Shown here piece by piece: positions 39,826-49,102 of a stretch of DNA of 64,000 nt. A model generated the notes under the pieces. That model searched no databases. It was not told where the DNA came from and was given only the letters and a program-made list of their open reading frames with translations. Location of the stretch: assembly GCA_903927505.1 (NCBI GenBank), contig CAIYNF010000114.1, positions 1,152 to 65,151 of the forward strand, written 5' to 3'. A program made the position numbers and the translations under genes. This DNA comes from an uncultured Bacteroidota bacterium (lineage in GTDB: Bacteria; Bacteroidota; Bacteroidia; UKL13-3). Each line of letters opens with the position of its first letter. The first letter of the stretch is position 1.

Positions 39826-39844
39826 TCACTCATTCTAAAAAAAA

Positions 39845-39871
39845 GGCGACCAATTGGTCGCCTTTTTTTTT
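39845..39871 (+). terminator. Rho-independent terminator after the M36 protease gene
   Basis: GGCGACC-AATT-GGTCGCC perfect stem followed by T9. Confidence 0.8.
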
Positions 39872-39898
39872 ATGTTTGTTTATAGAAATCTTTGCCGC

Positions 39899-41089
39899 AT
39901 GGCTGAAAGTCAATTTAAACATTTCAAAAAAGTACTTTTTCTGCTCAATGTGCTTAAGCTTGCCTTAACAGCATTTGGTGGGCCACAGGTGCATTATACC
40001 CAGTTTAGAAAACACCTTGTAATAAAGAAAAAATACATAAGCGAAGAAGATTTAGCCGAATTAAATTCTTTTTGTTCGATGCTACCTGGACCCACCTCAA
40101 CACAAACAATTACGTCTATTGGATATAAATTAGGTGGGCCTGGTTTTGCTTTTCTTACCTTATCTGTATGGATATTTCCAGCTTGCCTTCTAATGGGCAC
40201 TTTGGCCATTTTATTTACACATTTAGCCCTAGACAATCCTAAATTAGAATTTTTAAAATACCTACAACCGATGGCCAGCGGTTTCCTCATTTTTGCTGCC
40301 TATCGTTTTATTCAAATGTTTGTAACAAAACGCTATCATTGGGCCTTATTATTGATTACAGCAAGTATTGGCATTTTGCTTCAATCGCCATTTCTAATTC
40401 CCGTAATGCTTGCAATTGGAGGTGTTATTTCGAGTTATATCAATACCAGGGGAGCCATAAAAAAACCCGAGCCAATCACTAATATTAGGTGGGATAATTT
40501 ATTTTTATTTTTTGGAATCTTTTTATTGGCTGCCATTATTGGTGTTGCCACGCAATATAGATTGATGCTTCTTTTTGAAAATCATTTCAGGTATGGAAGT
40601 ATTGTTTTTGGTGGCGGTAATGTTTTAATACCATTAATGTATAACCAATTTGTAGAATACAAACATTATATAGCTGCACCTGAATTTTTAGCAGGCTTAG
40701 GCTTTTTACAAGCCATGCCAGGACCAGTATTCTCTATTGCCACATTTACAGGTGCCATGAGCATGAAAGATTTTGGCTTTTGGGGCCAAGTTGCAGGAAT
40801 GATTTCAGGAACAGTTGGCATTTTTTTACCCGGAATTTTATTGTTGTTTTTCGTTTATCCGATATGGGATCAATTGAAACATTTTGCACCTGTAAAAAAT
40901 GCTATTGAAGGGGTTAATGCTGCTTCTGCAGGATTGGTTGTTGGGTCGGCCTATTTGCTTTTTTTACCTGTGGAGGTAAATGAGGAAAATATGCTCGTAT
41001 TATTAACAACATTATTCTTATTATTGTCAACCAAAGTTCCTAGTCCGCTTATTGTTTTGGGCTGTTTAATCGGAGGTTATTTTTTGTAA
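39899..41089 (+). CDS. chrA: Chromate transporter (ChrA family, duplicated CHR domains)
   Basis: From the ATG at 39899: ..LKLALTAFGGPQVH.. in the first half and ..FGGGNVLIPLM.. in the second. Polytopic. Confidence 0.8.
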   Translation: MAESQFKHFKKVLFLLNVLKLALTAFGGPQVHYTQFRKHLVIKKKYISEEDLAELNSFCSMLPGPTSTQTITSIGYKLGGPGFAFLTLSVWIFPACLLMGTLAILFTHLALDNPKLEFLKYLQPMASGFLIFAAYRFIQMFVTKRYHWALLLITASIGILLQSPFLIPVMLAIGGVISSYINTRGAIKKPEPITNIRWDNLFLFFGIFLLAAIIGVATQYRLMLLFENHFRYGSIVFGGGNVLIPLMYNQFVEYKHYIAAPEFLAGLGFLQAMPGPVFSIATFTGAMSMKDFGFWGQVAGMISGTVGIFLPGILLLFFVYPIWDQLKHFAPVKNAIEGVNAASAGLVVGSAYLLFLPVEVNEENMLVLLTTLFLLLSTKVPSPLIVLGCLIGGYFL

Positions 41090-41733
41090 TGAATTCAATC
41101 AAAAATATCGCAATTATATTTACCCTGTTATTTTTATGTAACTCGGTTCGAACCAAAGCGCAAAGCAGAAACGATTCTGATTTGGTACAATTTACAGGCT
41201 TTGTGGTTAATTACGATAGTACCAAAACCATTCCATTTGCAACTATTAAAATTAAAGGAAGCAGCAGAGGAACATATTCCGATATGCAAGGCTATTTCTC
41301 TTTTGTAGCAAAGCGTTCAGACATTATTATTTTTACTTGTATAGGTTTTGAAACAATGTTTTTTACTTTACCAAATAATGTAAAGGGTTCTAAATTTAAG
41401 AGTGTAATTGCCATGGTGGAAGATACTTTTAGAATGGAAGAAATTGTAATTATTGGCAGGCCAACTGCAGAGCAAATGGATTATTTGTTTTCTCGAACCA
41501 AATTGCCGGAGGACGATTATATTTTGGCGCAAAACAATTTAAGAAGAAAACCATTGAAGGAAATGGCAGATCAACTTGAAAATGATGGTGCCGATAATGC
41601 CAGGTGGAAATTTAATGATTACGCCAACAAAGCTTATTATGGCGGACAGGCACAACCCATTCCAGTTTTAGATGTAATGGCTTGGAGTAAATTTATTCAA
41701 GCGCTCCAAAACGGCGACCTCAAAAGAAAATAA
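41089..41733 (+). CDS. Carboxypeptidase-regulatory-like domain protein
   Basis: 214 aa. Signal peptide, then ..FTGFVVNYDSTKTIPFATIKIKGSSRGTYSDMQGYFSF.. typical of CarbopepD_reg_2. Confidence 0.5.
   Translation: MNSIKNIAIIFTLLFLCNSVRTKAQSRNDSDLVQFTGFVVNYDSTKTIPFATIKIKGSSRGTYSDMQGYFSFVAKRSDIIIFTCIGFETMFFTLPNNVKGSKFKSVIAMVEDTFRMEEIVIIGRPTAEQMDYLFSRTKLPEDDYILAQNNLRRKPLKEMADQLENDGADNARWKFNDYANKAYYGGQAQPIPVLDVMAWSKFIQALQNGDLKRK
41145..41154. repeat. GGTTCGAACC iterated palindrome, copy 5 (inside the CarbopepD_reg-like CDS signal peptide region; read V-R-T)
   Basis: Exact 10-mer. Codons are tcg gtt cga acc (S-V-R-T). Confidence 0.9.
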
Positions 41734-41836
41734 ACCAGGAATTGTACTTAAAATAAGTCAAACAGCGTTGATAGCTGTTAAAAGGTTAAAAAGCTTAAAT
41801 ATAGAGCTTAACTGATCTTTGTAATTTTACCACATT

Positions 41837-42676
41837 ATGGCGGCAGAACAATATTACATCGAAAGAAAAGACCACAAGCATCAAATTTATGGTTTTTTGG
41901 GAACCACTTTGGTGCATGGGATTATTTTAGCAGCATTGTTCTTGGTTGTAATGTACCCACCAGATCCACCCCTCGAATTTCAAGGAGTACAAGTAAGTTT
42001 GGGCGAGCCAGATATGGGAGGAGCTTCTAACGAGCCTGTGCCTAACCCTTCTCAAGCGGAGAATTATGTTCCTATTAGTGAACAAACGGAGGAAACACCC
42101 TTAACTGCTAACGACGAAGAAAGTGTAGCTATTAAAACCAAGGATACACCAAAACCAAAAGATATTAAAGACGTAAAACCTGACAAACCTAAAGACCAAA
42201 TACCTCAATTGGAACTTCCAAAAAAAGTGAACCAACAAGCATTGTTTACCAAAAGAAATAACAACAATAATGCAGGTGGTTATGGCGATGGGGATCAATT
42301 AGGAAACCAAGGCCAAGCAAATGGCGACCCAAATGGAGATAAAGATGGTCATGGCGGTGGCACAAGCGGCTTAGGTAGCGGAGATACAGGTCCTGATGGC
42401 ATTTCTTATGTAATGCCAGGTGGCAGAAAAGTAAAACAACTACCAAACATTGAAGACCATTCAAAATCTGTAGGTAAGGTTGTTGTTAGCATTACAGTTA
42501 ATAGTGATGGACAAGTAATAAAAGCTGTTCCTGGCCAGGTTGGAAGTACCACTACTGAACCCGATTTATTGAAAAAAGCAAAAGAAGGTGCATTAAATAC
42601 CAGGTTCAATTCTAGGTCAGATGGATCTGAAGACCAAACTGGAACCATGACAATTATTTTTAGGTTCAAACCGTAA
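41837..42676 (+). CDS. TonB-like energy transducer
   Basis: 279 aa. N-terminal TM anchor, a P/K/D-rich then G/D/N-rich linker, and a C-terminal TonB_C-like ..GKVVVSITVNSDGQVIKAVP... Confidence 0.6.
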   Translation: MAAEQYYIERKDHKHQIYGFLGTTLVHGIILAALFLVVMYPPDPPLEFQGVQVSLGEPDMGGASNEPVPNPSQAENYVPISEQTEETPLTANDEESVAIKTKDTPKPKDIKDVKPDKPKDQIPQLELPKKVNQQALFTKRNNNNNAGGYGDGDQLGNQGQANGDPNGDKDGHGGGTSGLGSGDTGPDGISYVMPGGRKVKQLPNIEDHSKSVGKVVVSITVNSDGQVIKAVPGQVGSTTTEPDLLKKAKEGALNTRFNSRSDGSEDQTGTMTIIFRFKP

Positions 42677-42702
42677 AAAGATTTCTTTCCGAAATTATTT
42701 CT

Positions 42703-42732
42703 TTTGTTTTCACAAAAGCTCAGCTAATTTTG
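42703..42732 (+). promoter_or_regulatory. Bacteroidota-type promoter candidate upstream of folC (TTTG-N18-TAatTTTG)
   Basis: TTTG at 42703..42706 and TAATTTTG at 42725..42732, about 40 nt before the folC GTG. Motif match only. Confidence 0.3.
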
Positions 42733-42770
42733 AACCTTGATTTTTTCTTAAAGAGAAAAAATATACCACT

Positions 42771-44057
42771 GTGACTTACCAAGAAACGCTGGACTATCTT
42801 TATAGTCAACTACCCATGTTTACTCGTATTGGAAGTGCGGCATTAAAACCCAACTTAAACAATACGCTTGCCTTGTGTGAAGCCCTGGGAAATCCACAAG
42901 AAAAAATCAGGACCATTCATATTGCAGGAACAAATGGCAAAGGTTCTACCAGTCATTTGCTTGCTTCTATTTTGCAAGAAGCCGGCTATAAAACAGGCTT
43001 ATTTACATCTCCCCACTTATTAGATTTTAGAGAAAGAATTCGTGTGAATGGCACCATGATTTCTGAGGAAAAAGTAGTGGCATTTGTAGCGCAACACAGA
43101 ACACTTTTTGACGAAATAAAGCCATCTTTTTTTGAATGGACAATGGCATTGTGCTTTGAACAATTTGCATCTGAAAAAGTTGATATCGCTATTATAGAAA
43201 CAGGTCTTGGAGGACGATTAGATTCAAGTAATGTGATACATCCCTTATTGAGTATTATTACAAATATTGGATGGGACCACATGGATTTATTGGGAAACAC
43301 ATTGGAGTTAATTGCAGCAGAAAAAGCGGGTATTATAAAAGCTAAAACACCTGTAGTTATTAGCGAATACCAACCAGAAACCTTTCCAGTATTTTTAGCC
43401 AAGGCACAGGAAATGGAAAGTTCCATTGTACTGGCCAATCAAAAAGTTAATATTTTATATTTTAAAAGCAACCAACAACAAGCTGTATTTGATGTTCAAT
43501 TCCAATTTGGCGAATTATGGAAAAATGTAGATTGTGAGCTAAACGGAGCCTATCAACAAAAAAACATTGCTGGCGTTTTGGCGGCAATTGAACCAATTAG
43601 AAATGCAGGATATATTATTAGCGATAAAGCGGTGAAAAATGGGTTGTCAAATGTAAAAAGCAATACCCACTTAATGGGTAGGTGGGAAATATTAAAAACG
43701 CAACCACTTACCATTTGCGATACCGCGCATAATGTAAACGGGATTAACTATGTGGTTAAACAAATTGAAGCGCAACATTATGAGCAATTACATTTTGTAT
43801 TAGGAATGGTTAAGGATAAAGAAATAGCCAAAGTTTTGGCTTTACTTCCTAAGAAGGCTACTTATTATTTCACCAAGGCAGCCATTCCTAGAGCACTAGA
43901 GGAAGATCAATTGCAAGCACAAGCCATTCAATTTGGCCTACACGGAAAAACATTTGCAAGTGTTAAAGAAGCCTTGCTTGCCGCAGAAAAAGCAGCAGGT
44001 GAGAAAGATTTAATATTTATTGGCGGCAGTACTTTTATTGTAGCAGAAGCACTTTAA
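42771..44057 (+). CDS. folC: Bifunctional folylpolyglutamate synthase / dihydrofolate synthase
   Basis: 428 aa. (M)TYQETLDYLYSQLPMFTRIG, IAGTNGKGST, and a Mur ligase middle and C-terminal pattern. Confidence 0.9.
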   Translation: MTYQETLDYLYSQLPMFTRIGSAALKPNLNNTLALCEALGNPQEKIRTIHIAGTNGKGSTSHLLASILQEAGYKTGLFTSPHLLDFRERIRVNGTMISEEKVVAFVAQHRTLFDEIKPSFFEWTMALCFEQFASEKVDIAIIETGLGGRLDSSNVIHPLLSIITNIGWDHMDLLGNTLELIAAEKAGIIKAKTPVVISEYQPETFPVFLAKAQEMESSIVLANQKVNILYFKSNQQQAVFDVQFQFGELWKNVDCELNGAYQQKNIAGVLAAIEPIRNAGYIISDKAVKNGLSNVKSNTHLMGRWEILKTQPLTICDTAHNVNGINYVVKQIEAQHYEQLHFVLGMVKDKEIAKVLALLPKKATYYFTKAAIPRALEEDQLQAQAIQFGLHGKTFASVKEALLAAEKAAGEKDLIFIGGSTFIVAEAL

Positions 44058-45091
44058 AACTTGGTCTCTTTAATTGCTTTTGCAAGGTGTTTCACCAAAT
44101 TAGGACCACTGTAAATAAATCCTGTATACAATTGAATTAAGCCAGCACCGACTTCTATTCTTTCAATTCCAGAGGCTACATCGTGTATTCCACCTACACC
44201 AATAATTGGCATTTCACCATTTGTTTTCTCATGAATATATTTTACAACTTCGTTGGCACGCGCTTGCAAAATTTTACCACTTAAACCTCCCGCACCAATT
44301 GCGGTAACCATCTCATTTGAAGTTTTTAGGCCATCTCTTGATAGTGTAGTATTGGTTGCTACCAAACCATCAATGCCGCTTTCTTGCACAATTTCAATAA
44401 CATCATCCAATTGACTATCACTTAAATCTGGTGCAATTTTTAATAAAACAGGTTTGCTAATTTTGCCTTTTTTGATCCATTCATTTCTAAGTAATACCAA
44501 TCGATTTAATATTTCCAAAAGAGGCTTTTTGTCCTGTAATTCGCGCAGGTTGGGCGTGTTTGGAGAACTTACATTTACTACAAAATAATCTACGTATTGG
44601 TATAATTTATTAAAGCATATGGCATAATCTTCAACAGCAGATTCGTTTGGTGTAATCTTGTTTTTTCCAATATTTCCACCTACAATTAATCCTTTAGGAC
44701 GATTTTTTAATCGTTCAACCGCAGCATCTACACCTTCATTGTTAAAGCCCATGCGGTTAATTAAACTCTCATCTGCTCTTAGACGAAATAAACGTGGTAA
44801 TTCATTTCCTGGCTGTGGCTTTGGTGTAACAGTTCCAATTTCAATAAAGCCAAAACCCAATGCACTTAATTCATTTAAGTAGGCTGCATTTTTATCTAAT
44901 CCAGCGGCAAGTCCTACCCTATTTCTAAATTTCAATCCAATAAAATCAAAGCTATTTTCAACCTTAAAGTTTTGCAAACACAAAGCTTTAATAAAAGGTA
45001 TTTTCATAACCATGCGCAAAGCATAAAATGTAACATGATGGGCAGTTTCTGCAGACATCATAAATAAGAAACGACGTAAAATTCCGTACAA
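44054..45091 (-). CDS. pyrD: Dihydroorotate dehydrogenase (quinone), class 2
   Basis: ..LYGILRRFLFMMSAETAHH.., GFIEIGTVTP, NVSSPNTP, GVGGI. The ORF is open to a TTG at 45139. I prefer the TTG at complement(45089..45091), which gives (M)YGILRRFLF. The start is uncertain. Confidence 0.9.
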   Translation of the reverse strand: MYGILRRFLFMMSAETAHHVTFYALRMVMKIPFIKALCLQNFKVENSFDFIGLKFRNRVGLAAGLDKNAAYLNELSALGFGFIEIGTVTPKPQPGNELPRLFRLRADESLINRMGFNNEGVDAAVERLKNRPKGLIVGGNIGKNKITPNESAVEDYAICFNKLYQYVDYFVVNVSSPNTPNLRELQDKKPLLEILNRLVLLRNEWIKKGKISKPVLLKIAPDLSDSQLDDVIEIVQESGIDGLVATNTTLSRDGLKTSNEMVTAIGAGGLSGKILQARANEVVKYIHEKTNGEMPIIGVGGIHDVASGIERIEVGAGLIQLYTGFIYSGPNLVKHLAKAIKETKF

Positions 45092-45302
45092 AATGAGGGT
45101 GTTTTTATTTTCTACAAATTTACAATCCAGGAAACGCAATTAATAACAAAAGTTTACAAAGCGGAGTAAGCCTTTAAAATCAAGGGATTAACGCTATTTA
45201 GAATAGGTATAAATATCAAAAATGTGCATAAATGTTACGCTTTAGACAATAAGAAATTAAAGAGAACCATAAATTCGCAGTCAAATTTAAAAATTATACA
45301 GA

Positions 45303-46094
45303 ATGAATTGGGTTACTAAAATGTTTTCATCCTCATTAGGCCAGAAATTTATCATGGCTTTAACTGGATTATTTCTTTGCACCTTTCTTGTGATTCACAT
45401 GATTGGAAATTTGCAATTATTTAAATCTGATTTTGGACTTGCGTTTAATACTTACGCAGTTTTCATGACCACTTTTCCACTTATTAAAGTAGTATCTTAT
45501 TTACTTTATGCAAGTGTTCTTTTCCATGCATTCAAAGGTTTTATGTTAATAGCAAAAAACAGAAAAGCGCGTCCGGTAAAATATGCTGTACAAGATGGTG
45601 CGGCAAATAGCCATTGGACAAGCAGAAACATGGGAATATTGGGAACAATTATTTTATTGTTCATTGTAGTTCACATGAAAAACTTTTGGTATGAATATAA
45701 GTTTGGGCATGATGTAGGTTATACTGCCTATATCCAAGATATTCATAAAGACACTTTGGTTTCTCAAGCTATGGAACCAACCTATACCCAGGTAAAGAAA
45801 ATTGAAGAGGTAAACTACTCAAATGAATCTGGTCAATACCATGTAACTATTGTAAAAGATCTTTACAAAGAAGTTGCAGTTGAATTTAAAGAATGGTGGC
45901 TAGTTGCATTGTATGTCTTATGCATGTTTGCGGTAGCTTTCCACTTGTATCATGGCTTCCAGAGCGCTTTCCAAACCTTTGGTATAAACCACAGCAAATT
46001 CAATGGACTTATTAAATTTATTGGCATCTGGTTCTTCTCTGTAATTATTCCTGCAAGTTTTGCGGCCATGCCTTTATTCTTTTTCTTTAAATAA
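45303..46094 (+). CDS. sdhC: Succinate dehydrogenase/fumarate reductase cytochrome b subunit (b558 family)
   Basis: 263 aa. ..SSSLGQKFIMALTGLFLCTFLVIHM.., five TM helices with conserved His residues. First gene of sdhCAB. Confidence 0.8.
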   Translation: MNWVTKMFSSSLGQKFIMALTGLFLCTFLVIHMIGNLQLFKSDFGLAFNTYAVFMTTFPLIKVVSYLLYASVLFHAFKGFMLIAKNRKARPVKYAVQDGAANSHWTSRNMGILGTIILLFIVVHMKNFWYEYKFGHDVGYTAYIQDIHKDTLVSQAMEPTYTQVKKIEEVNYSNESGQYHVTIVKDLYKEVAVEFKEWWLVALYVLCMFAVAFHLYHGFQSAFQTFGINHSKFNGLIKFIGIWFFSVIIPASFAAMPLFFFFK

Positions 46095-46112
46095 TTTTTT
46101 GAACATACAGCT

Positions 46113-48116
46113 ATGACATCGAAATTAGACTCAAAAATTCCTGAAGGTAACTTGGAACAAAAATGGACCAAGTACCGTTCAACTGTTCCATTGGTAAATC
46201 CTGCCAACAAACGCAGTTTGGAAGTTCTTATAATTGGTTCGGGCCTTGCCGGAGCTTCAGCCGCTGCTTCTTTGGCAGAATTAGGCTATAAAGTCAAAGT
46301 ATTTTGTTTTCAAGATTCTGCTCGTCGTGCACACAGTATTGCGGCACAAGGTGGTATCAATGCGGCAAAAAACTATCAAAATGATGGTGATTCAACTTAC
46401 CGTTTATTTTACGATACAATAAAAGGTGGTGATTACCGTGCACGTGAAGCAAACGTTTATCGTTTAGCAGAAGTAAGCGCAAATATCATCGACCAATGCG
46501 TTGCATCTGGTGTACCCTTTGCACGTGAATACGGAGGCTTATTGAGCAACCGTTCGTTTGGTGGCACACAGGTTCAAAGAACATTTTATGCTGCTGGACA
46601 AACCGGCCAACAATTATTGTTAGGTGCTTACAGTGGACTGCAACGTCAAGTTGGTATGGGTAACGTAAAAATGTATGCCCGTCATGAAATGTTAGAAGTA
46701 GTTACCATTGATGGTGTTTGTAGAGGTATTATTGCCCGCGACCTTACCACTGGTAATTTAGAGCGTCACTTCGGACATGCCGTATTGTTATGTACGGGTG
46801 GATACGGAAACGTATTTTACCTTTCAACCAATGCAATGGGTTCGAACGTAACTGCTGCTTGGAAAGCACACAAAAAAGGTGCAATGATGGCAAACCCTTG
46901 CTTTACACAAATTCACCCAACTTGTATTCCTGTTTCTGGCGATCACCAATCAAAATTAACTTTGATGAGTGAGTCGTTAAGAAATGATGGCAGAATTTGG
47001 GTTCCAGCAAAAAAAGAAGATGCTGTTGCATTGCGCGAGAATAGGATCAAACCGAACGATATTAAGGAAGAGGACAGAGATTACTATTTGGAAAGAAGAT
47101 ACCCTGCCTTTGGTAACCTAGTGCCACGTGACGTTGCTAGCCGTGCTGCCAAAGAAAGATGTGATGCCGGATTTGGTGTAAATAAAACTGGCGAAGCGGT
47201 GTTCTTGGATTTTGCATTTAATACCATTCGTTATGGAAATATGGAAGCCACTAAAAAAGGCATGCATAACCCAACACAGGATCAAATTGTAGAAATGGGT
47301 CGTGCCGTAGTGAAAGAAAAATATGGTAACCTATTTGACATGTACCAACAAATTACCGGTGTTAATCCTTACGAACAACCAATGATGATTTACCCTGCGG
47401 TGCATTATACCATGGGTGGTTTATGGGTTGATTATAATTTGATGACCAATATCCCAGGCTTATATGCTTTGGGAGAAGCCAACTTCTCAGAACATGGCGC
47501 AAACCGATTGGGAGCCTCTGCACTGATGCAAGGTTTAGCTGATGGCTACTTTGTAATTCCTTACACCATTGGTGCTTATTTAAACAAAGAAATCATGACC
47601 AAGGCTATTCCAACAGATCATGAGGCATTTGTAGCTGCAGAGAATAAAGTTAAAGGTACCATTGATCAATTAATGGGTATTAAAGGAACTAAATCGGTAG
47701 ATTATTTCCATAAGCGTTTAGGATTAATTATGTGGAACAAATGCGGTATGGCGCGTAGTTCTGAAGAATTAACCAAAGCCATTAGCGATATTCAAACATT
47801 AAGAAAAGAGTTCTGGAGTGATGTGCGCGTACCTGGGGATGCAAATGAAATGAATTCTGAATTGGAAAAAGCGGTTCGTGTAGCTGACTTTTTAGAACTT
47901 GGCGAATTAATGTGTAAAGATGCCTTAACCCGTAACGAAAGTTGTGGTGGCCATTTCCGCGAAGAATATCAAACCGAAGAAGGTGAAGCAATGCGTGATG
48001 ACGAAAACTACAAATACGTAGCCGCTTGGGAGTATTTTGAAGGAAACACTTGGGAATTACACAAAGAAGATTTGGTTTACGAAAACATTAAAATTGCCCA
48101 AAGAAGTTATAAATAA
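46113..48116 (+). CDS. sdhA: Succinate dehydrogenase/fumarate reductase flavoprotein subunit
   Basis: 667 aa. [32 protein letters not shown], ..[10 protein letters not shown]... Confidence 0.95.
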   Translation: MTSKLDSKIPEGNLEQKWTKYRSTVPLVNPANKRSLEVLIIGSGLAGASAAASLAELGYKVKVFCFQDSARRAHSIAAQGGINAAKNYQNDGDSTYRLFYDTIKGGDYRAREANVYRLAEVSANIIDQCVASGVPFAREYGGLLSNRSFGGTQVQRTFYAAGQTGQQLLLGAYSGLQRQVGMGNVKMYARHEMLEVVTIDGVCRGIIARDLTTGNLERHFGHAVLLCTGGYGNVFYLSTNAMGSNVTAAWKAHKKGAMMANPCFTQIHPTCIPVSGDHQSKLTLMSESLRNDGRIWVPAKKEDAVALRENRIKPNDIKEEDRDYYLERRYPAFGNLVPRDVASRAAKERCDAGFGVNKTGEAVFLDFAFNTIRYGNMEATKKGMHNPTQDQIVEMGRAVVKEKYGNLFDMYQQITGVNPYEQPMMIYPAVHYTMGGLWVDYNLMTNIPGLYALGEANFSEHGANRLGASALMQGLADGYFVIPYTIGAYLNKEIMTKAIPTDHEAFVAAENKVKGTIDQLMGIKGTKSVDYFHKRLGLIMWNKCGMARSSEELTKAISDIQTLRKEFWSDVRVPGDANEMNSELEKAVRVADFLELGELMCKDALTRNESCGGHFREEYQTEEGEAMRDDENYKYVAAWEYFEGNTWELHKEDLVYENIKIAQRSYK

Positions 48117-48118
48117 TA

Positions 48119-48216
48119 GCTTTTAGCTATTGGCCTTTGGCTTGTAGCTGGAAACATTTAATAAAAAAATAACCAATTAATAAAAAGCCAAAGGCTAACA
48201 GCTAAAGGCTAAAAGC
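48119..48216 (+). other. Imperfect long inverted repeat in the sdhA-sdhB spacer
   Basis: GCTTTTAGC (48119..48127) pairs with GCTAAAAGC (48208..48216). GCCTTTGGCT (48133..48142) pairs with AGCCAAAGGC (48186..48195). TAGCTG/CAGCTA pair in crossing order. The loop is AT-rich. Confidence 0.4.
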
Positions 48217-48226
48217 TTAAATAAAA

Positions 48227-48988
48227 ATGGAAAAAAATTTAAATCTCAGTTTGAAAGTTTGGCGTCAAAAAAACGCGAAAGATAAAGGTCAGTTTGAAAC
48301 CTATAAAGTAAACGATATTTCTACAGACATGTCGTTTCTTGAAATGTTTGATGTTTTAAATGAAAGACTTATTGTTGATGGCAAAGAACCAATTGCATTT
48401 GACCATGATTGCCGTGAAGGTATTTGCGGTATGTGCAGTATGTTTATTAATGGAAGACCACATGGACCAAAGCAAGGTGTTACTACCTGCCAATTGCACA
48501 TGCGCAGCTTTAACGACGGCGATACCATTGTTGTTGAGCCATGGAGAGCATCCCCATTCCCTGTAATTAAAGATTTAGTGGTAGATAGAAGTGCATTCGA
48601 CAGAATTATTTCTGCGGGTGGTTTTATTTCAATTAATACAGGAAATGCACAGGATGCGAATTCTTTACCTATTCCAAAAGACGATGCAGATGAATCATTT
48701 GCTGCAGCTTCTTGCATTGGTTGCGGCGCTTGCGTAGCAGCGTGTAAAAATGCTTCAGCAATGTTATTTGTTTCTGCTAAAGTTTCTCAATTAGCTTTGT
48801 TACCTCAAGGTCAGCCAGAAAGAAAACAACGTGTAATGGAAATGGTAGCACAAATGGACAGTGAAGGTTTTGGTTCATGTACCAATACAGGTGCCTGCAG
48901 CGCAGAATGCCCTAAAGAAATATCATTAACGCACATCGCTAGAATGAACAGAGATTATATCTCAGCTGAATTAAGTTCAACTAAATAA
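48227..48988 (+). CDS. sdhB: Succinate dehydrogenase/fumarate reductase iron-sulfur subunit
   Basis: 253 aa. CREGICGMC (2Fe-2S), [11 protein letters not shown] (4Fe-4S), [12 protein letters not shown] (3Fe-4S). Confidence 0.95.
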   Translation: MEKNLNLSLKVWRQKNAKDKGQFETYKVNDISTDMSFLEMFDVLNERLIVDGKEPIAFDHDCREGICGMCSMFINGRPHGPKQGVTTCQLHMRSFNDGDTIVVEPWRASPFPVIKDLVVDRSAFDRIISAGGFISINTGNAQDANSLPIPKDDADESFAAASCIGCGACVAACKNASAMLFVSAKVSQLALLPQGQPERKQRVMEMVAQMDSEGFGSCTNTGACSAECPKEISLTHIARMNRDYISAELSSTK

Positions 48989-49015
48989 TTCTCCCTAAAA
49001 AGGAAAATCACGTAA

Positions 49016-49051
49016 AACCACGGTTACATTTATGTAATCGTGGTTTTTTTA
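49016..49051 (+). terminator. Rho-independent terminator after sdhB
   Basis: ACCACGGTTACAT-TT-ATGTAATCGTGGT 13-bp stem (one G-T pair) followed by T7. Confidence 0.75.
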
Positions 49052-49102
49052 TTGAGCAAATGCAACAAAAACCCTTAATTTAGCATCTTCTAATTTTACC
49101 CC

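Noticed and set aside
44054-44057. Convergent gene pairs with 4-nt overlapping stop codons: folC/pyrD here, 31808..31811 for the sigma-54 regulator and SAM hydrolase, and 18454..18457 for hemW and the membrane protein.
   Set aside because: The overlaps are real, but this is common genome compaction. No terminator or regulatory inference can be supported from sequence alone.
44254-44267. TGGCACG-CGC-TTGC, resembling a sigma-54 -24/-12 promoter.
   Set aside because: The spacing is one nucleotide short of the consensus, and the site is inside pyrD on the antisense strand with no downstream gene to serve.
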